A DNA stretch of 64,000 nucleotides. Source: an uncultured Candidatus Actinomarinales bacterium. GTDB lineage: Bacteria > Actinomycetota > Acidimicrobiia > Actinomarinales > Actinomarinaceae. Shown piece after piece: positions 16,725 to 27,968 of this stretch (the stretch's first letter is position 1; each line of letters begins with the position of its first letter). Both the position numbers and the translations under genes were made by a program. The notes beneath the pieces were generated by a model. That model was given only the letters and a program-made list of their open reading frames with translations. It ran no database searches and was not told where the DNA came from. The stretch lies in contig CALSSQ010000001.1 of assembly GCA_943789065.1 (NCBI GenBank), positions 188,619 to 252,618 on the forward strand, read 5' to 3'.

Positions 16725-19700
16725 ATGAAAATTAATTTCTTAATTAGTTATTTAAAAGTAAGGTCTTATATTAACTCGTCGACTTTTAGAAATACACTCA
16801 AAGGAACGACCTATGCAGCCTTGTTTTTAATGGTGTTGATCTCTTCATGGGCTGTGCCCCAAGAAGAGGCATATGCAAGTGACAACTGGGAGTGTAACGA
16901 TGCATTTGCACGAGCATACTTTTACAAACTAGATTGGGATTATGCATCTTCAAATTTCACTATTGACCAATATGTAGCTACTGAGACTTCAACTATTCAA
17001 CGACAAACAACAACCGTAGATTTTAGTTCTACTTCCAATATTGCAGGAACAGTAAAAGGTATCAATGCATTAGCGATGTCACCAACAGGCGTTATGTATG
17101 TAACGATAACTTCTGATGGACATGGCACGCACCTCTTTAGTATTAGTACCGCTGGAGTGCTAACTCCTGTTGCCCACATAGCAAATTATGGAGAAGTTGG
17201 TGATGAGAATTTTTACGACGGTGTAAACGGTTATTACGGTTTTTCAGCTGGTGAGTATATTGTCAATAGAAATGGTAACGACCAAATCTATATGGCTCAG
17301 GCTGGATTCAAGCACGGTTATATTTTTAATGTAGACACTCAATCTGTGACAACCTTTTCAGATCCTGGTATGACCAACCATATTAATTCAGCAGACTTTG
17401 CTTATATCGATGATTGGGATGGATACGAGATTGGAACTTACAATGCTCTTGCAAACAAAGTTATTCTCTATGATAAAGATAATAACTCTCTTGTTCAAGT
17501 CACACCTACCAATGCCGCTTATTCAAATGTCTCCGCAACACTTGCTAGCTACAGCTATAAAACTCCGGAAGGAGAGATTAGATTTATTATTGATGATGGT
17601 CTGGGTAACCGTTTTGAAGTAAAAAGAACTGGAAGTAATCAGTACAATGTTCAATTAAAGGGATCAACATTTAATAGCGATAACTCAGATGGTGCCTCTT
17701 GTGGCCCAAATGCGTATGATCCATTTTCTCCAACATTTAAAACCTCTTTAGGGGAGTGTGTTGTTGGATATCAACAACCAACCCTCATAATTACTAACAA
17801 CAAGCAGACAACACAATATTTTGATATTGACTATCGCATAGCTGGTGGAACTTGGACAGAGCTATTAAATGGAACACAGATATCACCAGGTGGTCAATTT
17901 ACAACATCCGGTGAAGGTGGTGTTCATATAGGACAAACGACTGAGTACAGAATGCGATACGATGCGTCGAATCCATCTAGTGGAACTTTTTACATTGTTG
18001 GAGATCTCTTAACAGGTCAAGACTGTGGAGGATATGCTGCTGGAAGTGTTGCTACATCAGCAGGTTCCTGTAGTAGTGGTTCTTCAACACCCTCAGTTAC
18101 ATTAACAAGTACGGGTTCTGTGAATGCCTTTTTTGATGTGCAATATAAAATAGATTCAGGAGCGTGGATCACCTTTATTGACGGAGAAGAAGTCCTAGCC
18201 GGGTCACCGGAAACATTTAGCGTACCATCTAGCGTTACCCATGGAAGTACTGTATATTTTCAATACATAGTTTCCAACTCAAATTCATCATCAACTTTTA
18301 CTTCAGCAGATAGCGTGACTATAACTTGTAATATATATACGGGTACTATTACTGCTACAACAAATGGAACATGTATTACTGATTACCTTGAGTACTCTGT
18401 CACTGTTACTAACACCGGTAATACAGAAATGTATTTTGCTTTAACACAACCATCACAAGCACGAGCTGTCTCATCCGTAGTGTGGAAGGAGCAATCTCGT
18501 TTAATTAGTGCTGGCGCAACGCATACGTACACTTCAAAAGTTTATAAGGGAGTTATTCCAGAATTTAAAATGGTGTACGGTACAGTCAACGCAGTTTACC
18601 AAGTAACAGATTTGCACAACCCTTCAAACACTGAAGGTTCGTTCGTCAACCACCAGAACTATGGAGCGAATTTAAAATCAGGAAATTCCTGGATTCGATG
18701 GACTGCTAATAGTGCTGTAGATTGTAATTACTGGGGAACTGGTGGTAGTAGTACAAATAACAGTAATAACTACTTACTTATATCTCAAAGCACTTCTCAG
18801 ACATGTGATAGCTCAGGAAACGCAACGGCAAGCATTACTCTAACAAATTTTGATTCACCAAATGACGTTTACGGAGGGTTCCTTGATGTAGAGTACTCTG
18901 GAAATAATGTAACGTGGACGTCGTTAGCAGATGGGGTCGTGCTCGCAGATGGAGCAACATTAACAATCTCTTCACCACAAGCTTTATCCAGTGGTAGTAC
19001 GGCATATTTTAGATATAGAATTGCTGAGACAAACCCAAGTGATTCAACACCTAATGCTTCGTGGGCTACTTTTTCACAAAGTATCGATTGTGTACCTAAT
19101 TTTACAATTGCACAGAGTGTTTCCGCTTGTGATGCTGGGGAAAAATACTCAACCCTAAGTGTTACAAACGGTAGTTCAGAAACTCTTTATTTTCGAGCTA
19201 CTCCTTCAAAACTAAGTGCCAACGGTACCGAATCAAGCACATCTAATTATGATTCTGCAGAGTCAATTTATTTTTCCGTCAATGCCGGAGAGACATTAAC
19301 ATATGATGTTTCCAGCAGTCCTGAAATGAGAAGACTCTACAACCAGTATGAAGGGTATATCTATTGGAGAGTACAAGCCTCTTTTGTTCAGTTGGCATCA
19401 ACTGGTACAGCTTGGAGTAATACAACCACATATCCATATTCGTATACTGATGCAATACAGCACGACTGTATACCAGATGTATTTGCAATTTTTGACCTAG
19501 CAGCATGTACTTTAGAGGGAAGAGATTCTACATTCACAATTACAAATAACGAATCTGTAACTATCTATGTTTATGTGAATCCATCTGACGCAAATGATCA
19601 GACTATTAACCAAGTTACTCTTTATGACACAGATAATGACTATACAGCTGTTGCTATTGCACCGGGAGAAACGTATACTCAAACAAAGTTTTATCCTGTG

Positions 19701-22700
19701 AATTTTACTGACAGGTATACAAAATGGAGATACAAAACTTCTTTTGTAGAACCCACAACTTGGGATCCTCTGACTTGGAATAACGCAACTAACCCAACTT
19801 CTACAGCTGACAATGGATATTGGAGTTGTGAATTTTCAACTAGTTATACCTATAATAAGGGGCCTGATACAGAGGGAACTTATGGCGGGCTAGCACGCTC
19901 CTGCAGAGATGGAGCAACGTCTGTTACATATAGGTTTCAACAAAGACAAGGAGAAGGTCAAGTAAATGACTTTATGGATCTATGGTATGTTTTTGAAGTC
20001 TCTAATGACGATGGTCAGACATGGTCACATGAAAATTTGTATCACACACCTGGAACCCCGTCATCAACTTCGGTACCTTATGCCTCCGATAGTTCAAGTT
20101 TTGTAGGATGGAATGCGGTTCAAGGAATAAATAATTACCAGTATCAAGACCTTAATGATTGGGCTGACAGTAGTGGTGGTAATGGTACATGGCGAGGTTT
20201 TACTATCGGCGCAAGAATCCAACATGGAGATACACAAATATTTAGATTTAAAATTGCATTTTCTGAAGATGAGCTATCAGTAACAGATTGGCGGCAATTT
20301 AACAACACACAAAATAGTGAAGGCGTTACCGCCGATTGTACACCAGTACCATTTACAGTAACATACAACAATACTGTTTACTACAATTTAACCACTGATG
20401 AGAATGGTAATCAGATAATTGATACTGAAGGTACTCCTGAGAATTTGATTACTTTAGGTGAGTGTCAGTTTAGTGTTGAAAATGGCACATCTAAACAATT
20501 TAATTTTGAATATAGGGTTGTGTCTGATGATGAAGACATTAATTTGTTTGAATCAAGAGATGGTGGCGCAACATGGGCAGCTGTAAGCACTTCTTTAGCT
20601 TCTCGAACGTACACATACACCACAAACCTTTTAAATAATGAAACAATAATGTTAAAAATTGAACATTACATCGAAGGTGAAGAGGAGTATAAAAATACAT
20701 ATTATACAAATCAATTCACACCAGATTGTCCAATAGTTGCTGCTTCAGGCTTTGCTGCTTCATATGCAGTTTGTGATACTGATGGTGCACCAATAAGTTT
20801 TTCTATTGGAAATACTGGCTTTGCAACTATGTATCTTCATGTTCAATATTCAACAGATTTAGGATCAACGTGGAATGAAGGTATCTATGATGCTGCAAAT
20901 AATAATGCTATTCAATACAACATGATATTTCCAGATGAGACAGAAACTTTTAACCTAACAGATAAAGTTTCACACGGGACAACAGTAATTATTCGCTACA
21001 GAGTAGCTCAAACTTCTCCTGTTACAAGTGGTTCATTTACGAATAGTGACATGCTTGTTGTTGATTGCGAAGCTGACGTGACCGTAACAAGTATTACTAA
21101 TTATTTTTCCACCTATTGTTTTGACCCAGAGGTACGAATTAACTTTGATACGAGTGACTTGAGTGGAACTCAAACTGTGTATCTCTTTCTAAAAATAGAT
21201 GTTAACGGTGAAGGCTATTCTGAAAATTGGAATACAAGAACTTGGACTAGAGCAAATGGCACGAATTTAAGTTTAACTAATTCAGATTTTCCAGATCAAA
21301 ATTTCCTAAGCGGAGATGTTGTAACAGTAAAGTATAAGATTGGAAAATCTGCTACTGATTCTTATGCTCAAGAAACTGTAAGTTCTCCTCTAACAATTTC
21401 TTGCGGAGATGTATCAAACGTCGCTCAAGGTTCAGCCAGCTATGTTTCTTGTAGTGCTTCCGGTCCAGATAAATTGGAGTTTAAATTTGCAAGAGTTTCT
21501 TCAGAAAGATTATCGTCTTCCTCTGTAGACCGTCGGGTTATTCAAATAAAGGCTGAAATATCTCATGATGGAGTAACTTGGCATCCATTTAGTGGTTCTC
21601 AATATGCGTCATGGAATCTTTTTTGGAGTCGAGTGGCAAACGGAAGCGATGCCAACCGAAACGATTCATATTTCGGTGCATTTACTCCTGACTATTATTT
21701 TATATCTAACGGCAATTATATCGCTGGGGTAATGCTGGTTGACTCTAATCATGAATATAAAATCAGATACTCTACAAAACATGTAATTAACAACAACAGC
21801 AACATCTCTAATTTTATAGGGACTGGTGAGTATGGTAACTCCACTGTTATCACAGTCCCTGCAAATGCAGATTGTGATCAAAATGATATCAACAAGGTAA
21901 CTTTCTCTTCTTCAAACCAAGTATGTATAGAAAATAAAGGCAAAATTGGAGTTACCTTTAGAGACATCGTCACAACTCATGAACAACCTTACAAAGAAGC
22001 TGCTCTACTTGTTGAGTATTCTCTAGATGGCGGTAACAGTTGGCAACAAACTAATAATAAATTGAACTATTTAGAAGATGAAGAAATTTTTTATATACCT
22101 AATACAGATGTTTCCCATGGTCAAACAATACAGGTTAGATATGGATATATTCGAAATCATGGTTTTACCCACCCTATCTATGGGTCGACAAATGCCAAAG
22201 AAGCTCAATTCGCTTACTATGGTGGTCTAACTAGTGATGGTGATTATTACCATCGAGTTAAGTCCAATTCAACATTTCATGAAACTTTTAATGAGAAGGT
22301 GTTAGTAGAAACTTTATCACTAGTTGTAGACTGTGATCCAGATTCTACTTACGACGAAAGTTTAACAACATGTGAGTGCGATGACTTAGGTGCTACCTCT
22401 ACATTATCAATAACAAATAATGAAGACTACACAACTTTTTACAAGGTGCAGTACTCCCTCGATGGAGGTGTGACTTGGCAATCAGCCACTGACTCCTTAG
22501 AATCTGCGTTTGATATTTCTGTAGCGGCGGGTGGTACTAATGACGATCTTCAAGTGTTCGTTCCAGACGGGCAAACAATTAAATGGAGAGTAAAGGATAC
22601 AAATAATGGTGGCGATTTTGTTGGTCGAGATTGGGAGGAAGTAACTGAAAGCTCACAAGTAGATTGTGGTTGTGGTGGAGGGTCTGTCACAGTAGATGTT

Positions 22701-25700
22701 GCACTTGGTACTTGTGGAAATGGAAGCTCCACACCAGTCATTTCTCTTGTCCCATCAAGTACGGATACAGCTTATTTTACAATTGAATATAAGAGATCAA
22801 CTGACTCTACATGGCAGACATTTAAAACTGGTGAAATTGTAAGTAATGGCACTTCAGAGAACCATCCATTAGAAGTAACAGTACCTCATGGAGCAACTAT
22901 TCAGGTTCGATATAAAGTAAGTAAAGTATTAGATGATTTGAGTACAAAAGAGTGGGTTAATGTTGAAGAAAAAACTATCAATTGTCCATTTACATTAGTT
23001 ACTGGAGTAGCATCGTATTCTGCCTGTACAGATAATTATAAATTAGCACGTTTCACAGTGACGAATACCAGCTCATCTACAGCTGCAGCTAAGTTCAATG
23101 TTGAATATAAAATTCTCAACGCTTCTTCTACAGTTATTGACTGGACCGCTTCATCTGTCATGAATTCAACTATTGCACCTGGTGTTACACTCCAAACATC
23201 AAACACTATACAGGTTCAAGAGGGACAGAAAATTATTTGGAGATATGAGTCTGTTGATTCTTCAGAAGATTTCACTGGTGTATGGATAGAAGATACCTCT
23301 AGCGAGTATGTCAACTGTGTTATTGATGTGGCAGTAACATTTACAATGGATGCTTGTGATGCAGGATCACAACTCTCTACATTAAGTGTAGAAAATAAAG
23401 AATCATTAAATACTGTGTATTTCCAAGTTCAGTACTCAACTGATGGCGGAGTTAACTGGACAATGAAAAATCCAAATCTAGCTGTTGAGCCAGATGCAAC
23501 TGATTCTTCACTGCAAGTCAATGTTGTGCATACTCAAAATATTATTTGGAGATATCTCGTTAGTGAAACAAATAACAATTTTGAAGGATTAGAGTACACA
23601 ACACTTGAAGCCTCCTCAACTGTTGATTGCCCAGTCTTAGATGGAATAGGTACGGCGAGCTTAGATGTTTGTAATGGTGGTCAAAGAAGATCTACATTTA
23701 CATATTCAAACTCATCTTCAGCAAATGCTCCAGCATACTTTTACATACAATACAATTTGAGTAGTGACAGTGAGGAGTGGATAACAAAGGTTTCTGGAAA
23801 TGTATTGACAGCTGGCGTTTCATCGTCAACATATGTAGTTGTACCAAATGGTAATACTATAACGTGGAGATACTATCCAATGAGTTCCCCTACAGAACCA
23901 ACAACATGGATAAATCTAGCTACTAGTGAGGAAGTTGATTGCGCACTTGATACAGTTGTAACTCATTCTTTAGACTCCTGTGTTGATGATGAAGCAATAT
24001 CGCGCTATTCATTGTCAAATAACACTAATGACACTTTGTATTACCAGGTTGAATATTTCATAGAAGGTAGTTCAGGATATGTTGTAGCAGATACAGATTT
24101 AACTCTTGGAGGAGTTGGTACGCAAACACAATCTTATGAATTTAGCCAGTCTGTTGCAAACGGAAAATTTATTAGATGGCGTTATAAAGCCTCAACTACG
24201 CTTTCTGGATTAAGTACAGCAATTTATGTAGACTACTTGCAATCATCAACTATTGACTGTACAAAAATAGATCCATTAGTAACAACTTCGAATACTGTTT
24301 GCTACAACAACACTAAAGAAGTTACATTTTTGATCAAAAACGGTACAGTGGCAAATACTAACGCTCTCTTCAAAGTTCAAGTAAACATCAATGGAACGGG
24401 ATGGGTAGATAAGCAAGACATTATTTTAGGTGTAAATGGTCAGTTTCCACATTCTCAAGTAGTGACTTCTGGAAACACTATTCAGTGGAGATATAAAGTT
24501 GCAAAGGTAGGAGATGTATTACCATCGCAATGGACTGAAGAAGAAGTAATTAGTATCTCTTGTTCTACAGCTGAAGATATTACTGTAACTATTGATGCAA
24601 ATTGTGATGCAAACGGTTATAAGAATACTCAATTGAACATCAATAATTCAGGATCAACTACATTATATTACAAAGCAGAGTACTCAGTAGACGGAGGAGT
24701 AAATTGGATACTCTCAGCTAACCAGGTTCTCGTAATTGCTGGTGGTTCAACGTATTTACCAGAGGCCGTTCTGGATGGGCAAACAATTACTTGGAGATAT
24801 AAGATTTCAAGTACTGGTGGTGATTTCTCAACGATAAATTGGATTACATCTAATACATCAGAAATTGTAAATTGTTCTGGTGTCAATATCTCTACACCTT
24901 ATACGTCAATTGGACAATGTGTAAGTGGGTCAAAGTCTTCACGATTTTACTATGGAACTCTTTCATCTAGCCCTGCTCCAGCGTACTATCACATTCAATA
25001 CAGAATTGATGGGGGAACTTGGACAGATAAAGTCACTTCCTCAAATGGGATAGTCGTAGGAGGAGTGAACACAAGTACTTCACAATCTGTAACATCTGGT
25101 TCATCAATTGAGTGGAGATATAAAGCTTCTTACAGCACCGCTGCGTTAGCAAATATTAGTTTTACTCCTTTAGCTGGTGGAGCAGTTGAAGTAGATTGCG
25201 GTACATTTATCTCAGCAGTCCACCAAATGGGAACCTGTACTAATCAGACTGCAACATCTACATTAACTTTAAATAACACAGGCTCTACACCACTACTTGT
25301 AACAGTACATTCAGCAATGAATTCAGGGGACTGGTCAACAGAGGTTTCAACAGTTGAGATAACTGCAGGTAACCAGTTAACACTAACTAGATCAGTTATT
25401 AATGGCCAAACTATTAGTTGGAAGTATAAATATGCTGGTACAGTTACAAAGCTTGCTTCCTCTTCTGAAACAATTTTTGGCTCAATACCAGCACTTGATT
25501 GTGAGACTGAAGTATTAAATCAAGTCTCTATCAACAATGTCCTAAAAGCTTGTGTTGCAGGAAATAGGGTTTCTGAACTAACGCTTACAAACAACTCTTC
25601 TGATACAGTTTATGTAGAAGCATGGTATGACATAGGAAATGGCTGGATAACTAAAGGTACATCTGTAGTAATTAATGGCACTCCGAAAGTTCTTGAAGCT

Positions 25701-27968
25701 CCTGGCGCACCCCATGGAGCAACTGTTAAATGGAGATATCGTTTAGGTCTTTCTAGCACTATGTCTAATGATTACACAACTCTTACAGCCCTTACTGTTG
25801 ATTGTCCACAAACTTCCACAGTGACACAAACCCTTGATGCATGTTCTAATCAGACTCGAGATTCTAGACTATCTATTAGTAATACTGGAACTACAACTCA
25901 GTATTACAAAGTTGAATACTCCGTTAATAATGGTGGGTATCAATATATGACCACTGTAAGCGTTCCCGCCGGCCAACTTAATAACTCAGTTTATAAAAAT
26001 TTAACTTCTGGGCAGTATATTACTTGGAGGTACGCACCAAGTACAGTCCAAAATGACTTCTCAAATGCATCATATATATACTTGACTAGAACGGAGACCG
26101 TTGATTGTACCTCTGCAAACTTGACCGCTACTCAAAGTTCTACCTGTACTGCAAATGGAGCAATATCTACAAAGAGTTCAACTTTCACAATTTCAAATGG
26201 TTCTGCAAATACCGCTCAGGTAGAAGTCCAATCTACAACAAATAATATTTCCTGGACTTCAATGGGTACGCAGACAATTACAAGTTCTCAGCCTTATGTT
26301 GCGAATAACATCTTGACTACAAATTACATAATTTATAGATACCGAATCTTCAATGCAGCAACTCCAAATACCTGGCAACAAGTTGTAGTAATGGCGCCTG
26401 CTGATTGTGCGACAACGATAACTCCTACCACTGTAAGTGCATACAATACTAATGAATGTATAAACGGTAGTCCGGCTGCTAAATTAACAATCATCAATCC
26501 TAACTCAACTGCAGTAGTGGTGAGCTATGACATATCTATTAATGGGGGTACATTCCAGTCTGTAGGAAACTCTTCAGTCACAGGTAGTTTTGTTACCAGT
26601 GCTTATAGTGTTCCAGCAAATTCTTCATTCCAATGGAGGTACAAGACTTCTACAGATACTGCCTATAAATTTGTCTCCGCAACAGCTGAAATCTGTTCTC
26701 AAGCCAGTTTATTGAGTGGTTATACTCAAATAGGTTGTGATCTCGATAGTAATGGATCGCTAGAGTCTTCAAAGGCAAAATTAGTAATTATAAACACCGG
26801 AGCTCAGAATGTTTCTGTTATGTATGATTACAAGTTAAATAATGGTCAGTATCAGTCAGGGTCGGTAATTTCTGTTAACGCAAACTCTTCACTAGCAACT
26901 GTAGAAGTTCCTTTAGTATCTACAGATCAAATTGTCTTTAGGTATAAGATTACAAGTGATACTGCCTATCAATTTACACCTGAAAAATCCGGTATAGATT
27001 GTGGAAGCACTCCTAATAATCCTCAAATGATATTAACTCTTGATGAATGCTCTGCAAATGTTGCAAAGTCAACAATTGAGATTCGTAATTTGAGCAATGA
27101 AGTTAAAAGCTTTTATGTCGAATACAGAATAGATGATGGCCCATGGACAAATTATGATTTAGTAACCATCAATCCTACGAGTGGAACAACTAGATTCTTG
27201 AATATTACTCAAAACCAAAAAATTCAATGGAGAGCTTTAGATAGTACATATACACAGTTTGCTACTTCTTCTCCTTATCAGATATCGAATGCCGAGACAG
27301 CTATCTGTGAAACAACTACTACAACTACACTTCCACCAGTGACATATATTTTTGAACCACTCGTCTCAACAAACAGAGTCTGTGATGAGGAAAATGGTGG
27401 AGCTATGTTTGGTATCACGGTCGATAACTCAAGATCTAATGTTAGAGCAGATATCTTAAAAAAGATTTGGATCAATCAAACATTAATTGCTGAAGAAACT
27501 TTAACAGTTGGTCCTGGTCAAACTGTTGACTTTTCCTCAATTGAGGTTGGAGAGAATAAGTTCTTTACAGTCGCACTAGAGGTCACCAATACTGAAAATG
27601 GAAAAGTTCAGAAAATGATTAAAAACAAGGATGCAGATTGCATAGAAGAAGATGACTTCGCTATTACTGATCCGATAAATCCAGTTATTGAGATTATTGA
27701 AGAAACAGGAATAGATAATGTTATTAATGGCTCTGGAGATAATGAAGAAAAGGAAGATAATGGTGAATCAATCAATTTCCTTCCTGGTGATGATTTTGTA
27801 GAGTTTGTTTACAATGAGGATGCTGAAGATATAACTACCGACCCAATAGAGGCAACACCTCCGAAGCTTCCTGTAACTGGTAGTAATATTGGAGGACTAA
27901 TAATATCTTTTGGCTTATTACTAATTGCAGGTGGGGCTTTCCTCCTAAGGAAGGCATATAGATTCTGA
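16725..27968 (+). CDS. Giant (~3,750 aa) sortase-anchored surface protein with about 28 Cys-bounded repeats and LPVTG sorting signal
   Basis: Uninterrupted 11.2-kb ORF (ATG 16725; the track starts at TTG 16716). Signal peptide ending EAYA|S, LPVTG at 27867-27881, TM, RKAYRF tail. Repeat count is by hand. Confidence 0.92.
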   Translation: MKINFLISYLKVRSYINSSTFRNTLKGTTYAALFLMVLISSWAVPQEEAYASDNWECNDAFARAYFYKLDWDYASSNFTIDQYVATETSTIQRQTTTVDFSSTSNIAGTVKGINALAMSPTGVMYVTITSDGHGTHLFSISTAGVLTPVAHIANYGEVGDENFYDGVNGYYGFSAGEYIVNRNGNDQIYMAQAGFKHGYIFNVDTQSVTTFSDPGMTNHINSADFAYIDDWDGYEIGTYNALANKVILYDKDNNSLVQVTPTNAAYSNVSATLASYSYKTPEGEIRFIIDDGLGNRFEVKRTGSNQYNVQLKGSTFNSDNSDGASCGPNAYDPFSPTFKTSLGECVVGYQQPTLIITNNKQTTQYFDIDYRIAGGTWTELLNGTQISPGGQFTTSGEGGVHIGQTTEYRMRYDASNPSSGTFYIVGDLLTGQDCGGYAAGSVATSAGSCSSGSSTPSVTLTSTGSVNAFFDVQYKIDSGAWITFIDGEEVLAGSPETFSVPSSVTHGSTVYFQYIVSNSNSSSTFTSADSVTITCNIYTGTITATTNGTCITDYLEYSVTVTNTGNTEMYFALTQPSQARAVSSVVWKEQSRLISAGATHTYTSKVYKGVIPEFKMVYGTVNAVYQVTDLHNPSNTEGSFVNHQNYGANLKSGNSWIRWTANSAVDCNYWGTGGSSTNNSNNYLLISQSTSQTCDSSGNATASITLTNFDSPNDVYGGFLDVEYSGNNVTWTSLADGVVLADGATLTISSPQALSSGSTAYFRYRIAETNPSDSTPNASWATFSQSIDCVPNFTIAQSVSACDAGEKYSTLSVTNGSSETLYFRATPSKLSANGTESSTSNYDSAESIYFSVNAGETLTYDVSSSPEMRRLYNQYEGYIYWRVQASFVQLASTGTAWSNTTTYPYSYTDAIQHDCIPDVFAIFDLAACTLEGRDSTFTITNNESVTIYVYVNPSDANDQTINQVTLYDTDNDYTAVAIAPGETYTQTKFYPVNFTDRYTKWRYKTSFVEPTTWDPLTWNNATNPTSTADNGYWSCEFSTSYTYNKGPDTEGTYGGLARSCRDGATSVTYRFQQRQGEGQVNDFMDLWYVFEVSNDDGQTWSHENLYHTPGTPSSTSVPYASDSSSFVGWNAVQGINNYQYQDLNDWADSSGGNGTWRGFTIGARIQHGDTQIFRFKIAFSEDELSVTDWRQFNNTQNSEGVTADCTPVPFTVTYNNTVYYNLTTDENGNQIIDTEGTPENLITLGECQFSVENGTSKQFNFEYRVVSDDEDINLFESRDGGATWAAVSTSLASRTYTYTTNLLNNETIMLKIEHYIEGEEEYKNTYYTNQFTPDCPIVAASGFAASYAVCDTDGAPISFSIGNTGFATMYLHVQYSTDLGSTWNEGIYDAANNNAIQYNMIFPDETETFNLTDKVSHGTTVIIRYRVAQTSPVTSGSFTNSDMLVVDCEADVTVTSITNYFSTYCFDPEVRINFDTSDLSGTQTVYLFLKIDVNGEGYSENWNTRTWTRANGTNLSLTNSDFPDQNFLSGDVVTVKYKIGKSATDSYAQETVSSPLTISCGDVSNVAQGSASYVSCSASGPDKLEFKFARVSSERLSSSSVDRRVIQIKAEISHDGVTWHPFSGSQYASWNLFWSRVANGSDANRNDSYFGAFTPDYYFISNGNYIAGVMLVDSNHEYKIRYSTKHVINNNSNISNFIGTGEYGNSTVITVPANADCDQNDINKVTFSSSNQVCIENKGKIGVTFRDIVTTHEQPYKEAALLVEYSLDGGNSWQQTNNKLNYLEDEEIFYIPNTDVSHGQTIQVRYGYIRNHGFTHPIYGSTNAKEAQFAYYGGLTSDGDYYHRVKSNSTFHETFNEKVLVETLSLVVDCDPDSTYDESLTTCECDDLGATSTLSITNNEDYTTFYKVQYSLDGGVTWQSATDSLESAFDISVAAGGTNDDLQVFVPDGQTIKWRVKDTNNGGDFVGRDWEEVTESSQVDCGCGGGSVTVDVALGTCGNGSSTPVISLVPSSTDTAYFTIEYKRSTDSTWQTFKTGEIVSNGTSENHPLEVTVPHGATIQVRYKVSKVLDDLSTKEWVNVEEKTINCPFTLVTGVASYSACTDNYKLARFTVTNTSSSTAAAKFNVEYKILNASSTVIDWTASSVMNSTIAPGVTLQTSNTIQVQEGQKIIWRYESVDSSEDFTGVWIEDTSSEYVNCVIDVAVTFTMDACDAGSQLSTLSVENKESLNTVYFQVQYSTDGGVNWTMKNPNLAVEPDATDSSLQVNVVHTQNIIWRYLVSETNNNFEGLEYTTLEASSTVDCPVLDGIGTASLDVCNGGQRRSTFTYSNSSSANAPAYFYIQYNLSSDSEEWITKVSGNVLTAGVSSSTYVVVPNGNTITWRYYPMSSPTEPTTWINLATSEEVDCALDTVVTHSLDSCVDDEAISRYSLSNNTNDTLYYQVEYFIEGSSGYVVADTDLTLGGVGTQTQSYEFSQSVANGKFIRWRYKASTTLSGLSTAIYVDYLQSSTIDCTKIDPLVTTSNTVCYNNTKEVTFLIKNGTVANTNALFKVQVNINGTGWVDKQDIILGVNGQFPHSQVVTSGNTIQWRYKVAKVGDVLPSQWTEEEVISISCSTAEDITVTIDANCDANGYKNTQLNINNSGSTTLYYKAEYSVDGGVNWILSANQVLVIAGGSTYLPEAVLDGQTITWRYKISSTGGDFSTINWITSNTSEIVNCSGVNISTPYTSIGQCVSGSKSSRFYYGTLSSSPAPAYYHIQYRIDGGTWTDKVTSSNGIVVGGVNTSTSQSVTSGSSIEWRYKASYSTAALANISFTPLAGGAVEVDCGTFISAVHQMGTCTNQTATSTLTLNNTGSTPLLVTVHSAMNSGDWSTEVSTVEITAGNQLTLTRSVINGQTISWKYKYAGTVTKLASSSETIFGSIPALDCETEVLNQVSINNVLKACVAGNRVSELTLTNNSSDTVYVEAWYDIGNGWITKGTSVVINGTPKVLEAPGAPHGATVKWRYRLGLSSTMSNDYTTLTALTVDCPQTSTVTQTLDACSNQTRDSRLSISNTGTTTQYYKVEYSVNNGGYQYMTTVSVPAGQLNNSVYKNLTSGQYITWRYAPSTVQNDFSNASYIYLTRTETVDCTSANLTATQSSTCTANGAISTKSSTFTISNGSANTAQVEVQSTTNNISWTSMGTQTITSSQPYVANNILTTNYIIYRYRIFNAATPNTWQQVVVMAPADCATTITPTTVSAYNTNECINGSPAAKLTIINPNSTAVVVSYDISINGGTFQSVGNSSVTGSFVTSAYSVPANSSFQWRYKTSTDTAYKFVSATAEICSQASLLSGYTQIGCDLDSNGSLESSKAKLVIINTGAQNVSVMYDYKLNNGQYQSGSVISVNANSSLATVEVPLVSTDQIVFRYKITSDTAYQFTPEKSGIDCGSTPNNPQMILTLDECSANVAKSTIEIRNLSNEVKSFYVEYRIDDGPWTNYDLVTINPTSGTTRFLNITQNQKIQWRALDSTYTQFATSSPYQISNAETAICETTTTTTLPPVTYIFEPLVSTNRVCDEENGGAMFGITVDNSRSNVRADILKKIWINQTLIAEETLTVGPGQTVDFSSIEVGENKFFTVALEVTNTENGKVQKMIKNKDADCIEEDDFAITDPINPVIEIIEETGIDNVINGSGDNEEKEDNGESINFLPGDDFVEFVYNEDAEDITTDPIEATPPKLPVTGSNIGGLIISFGLLLIAGGAFLLRKAYRF

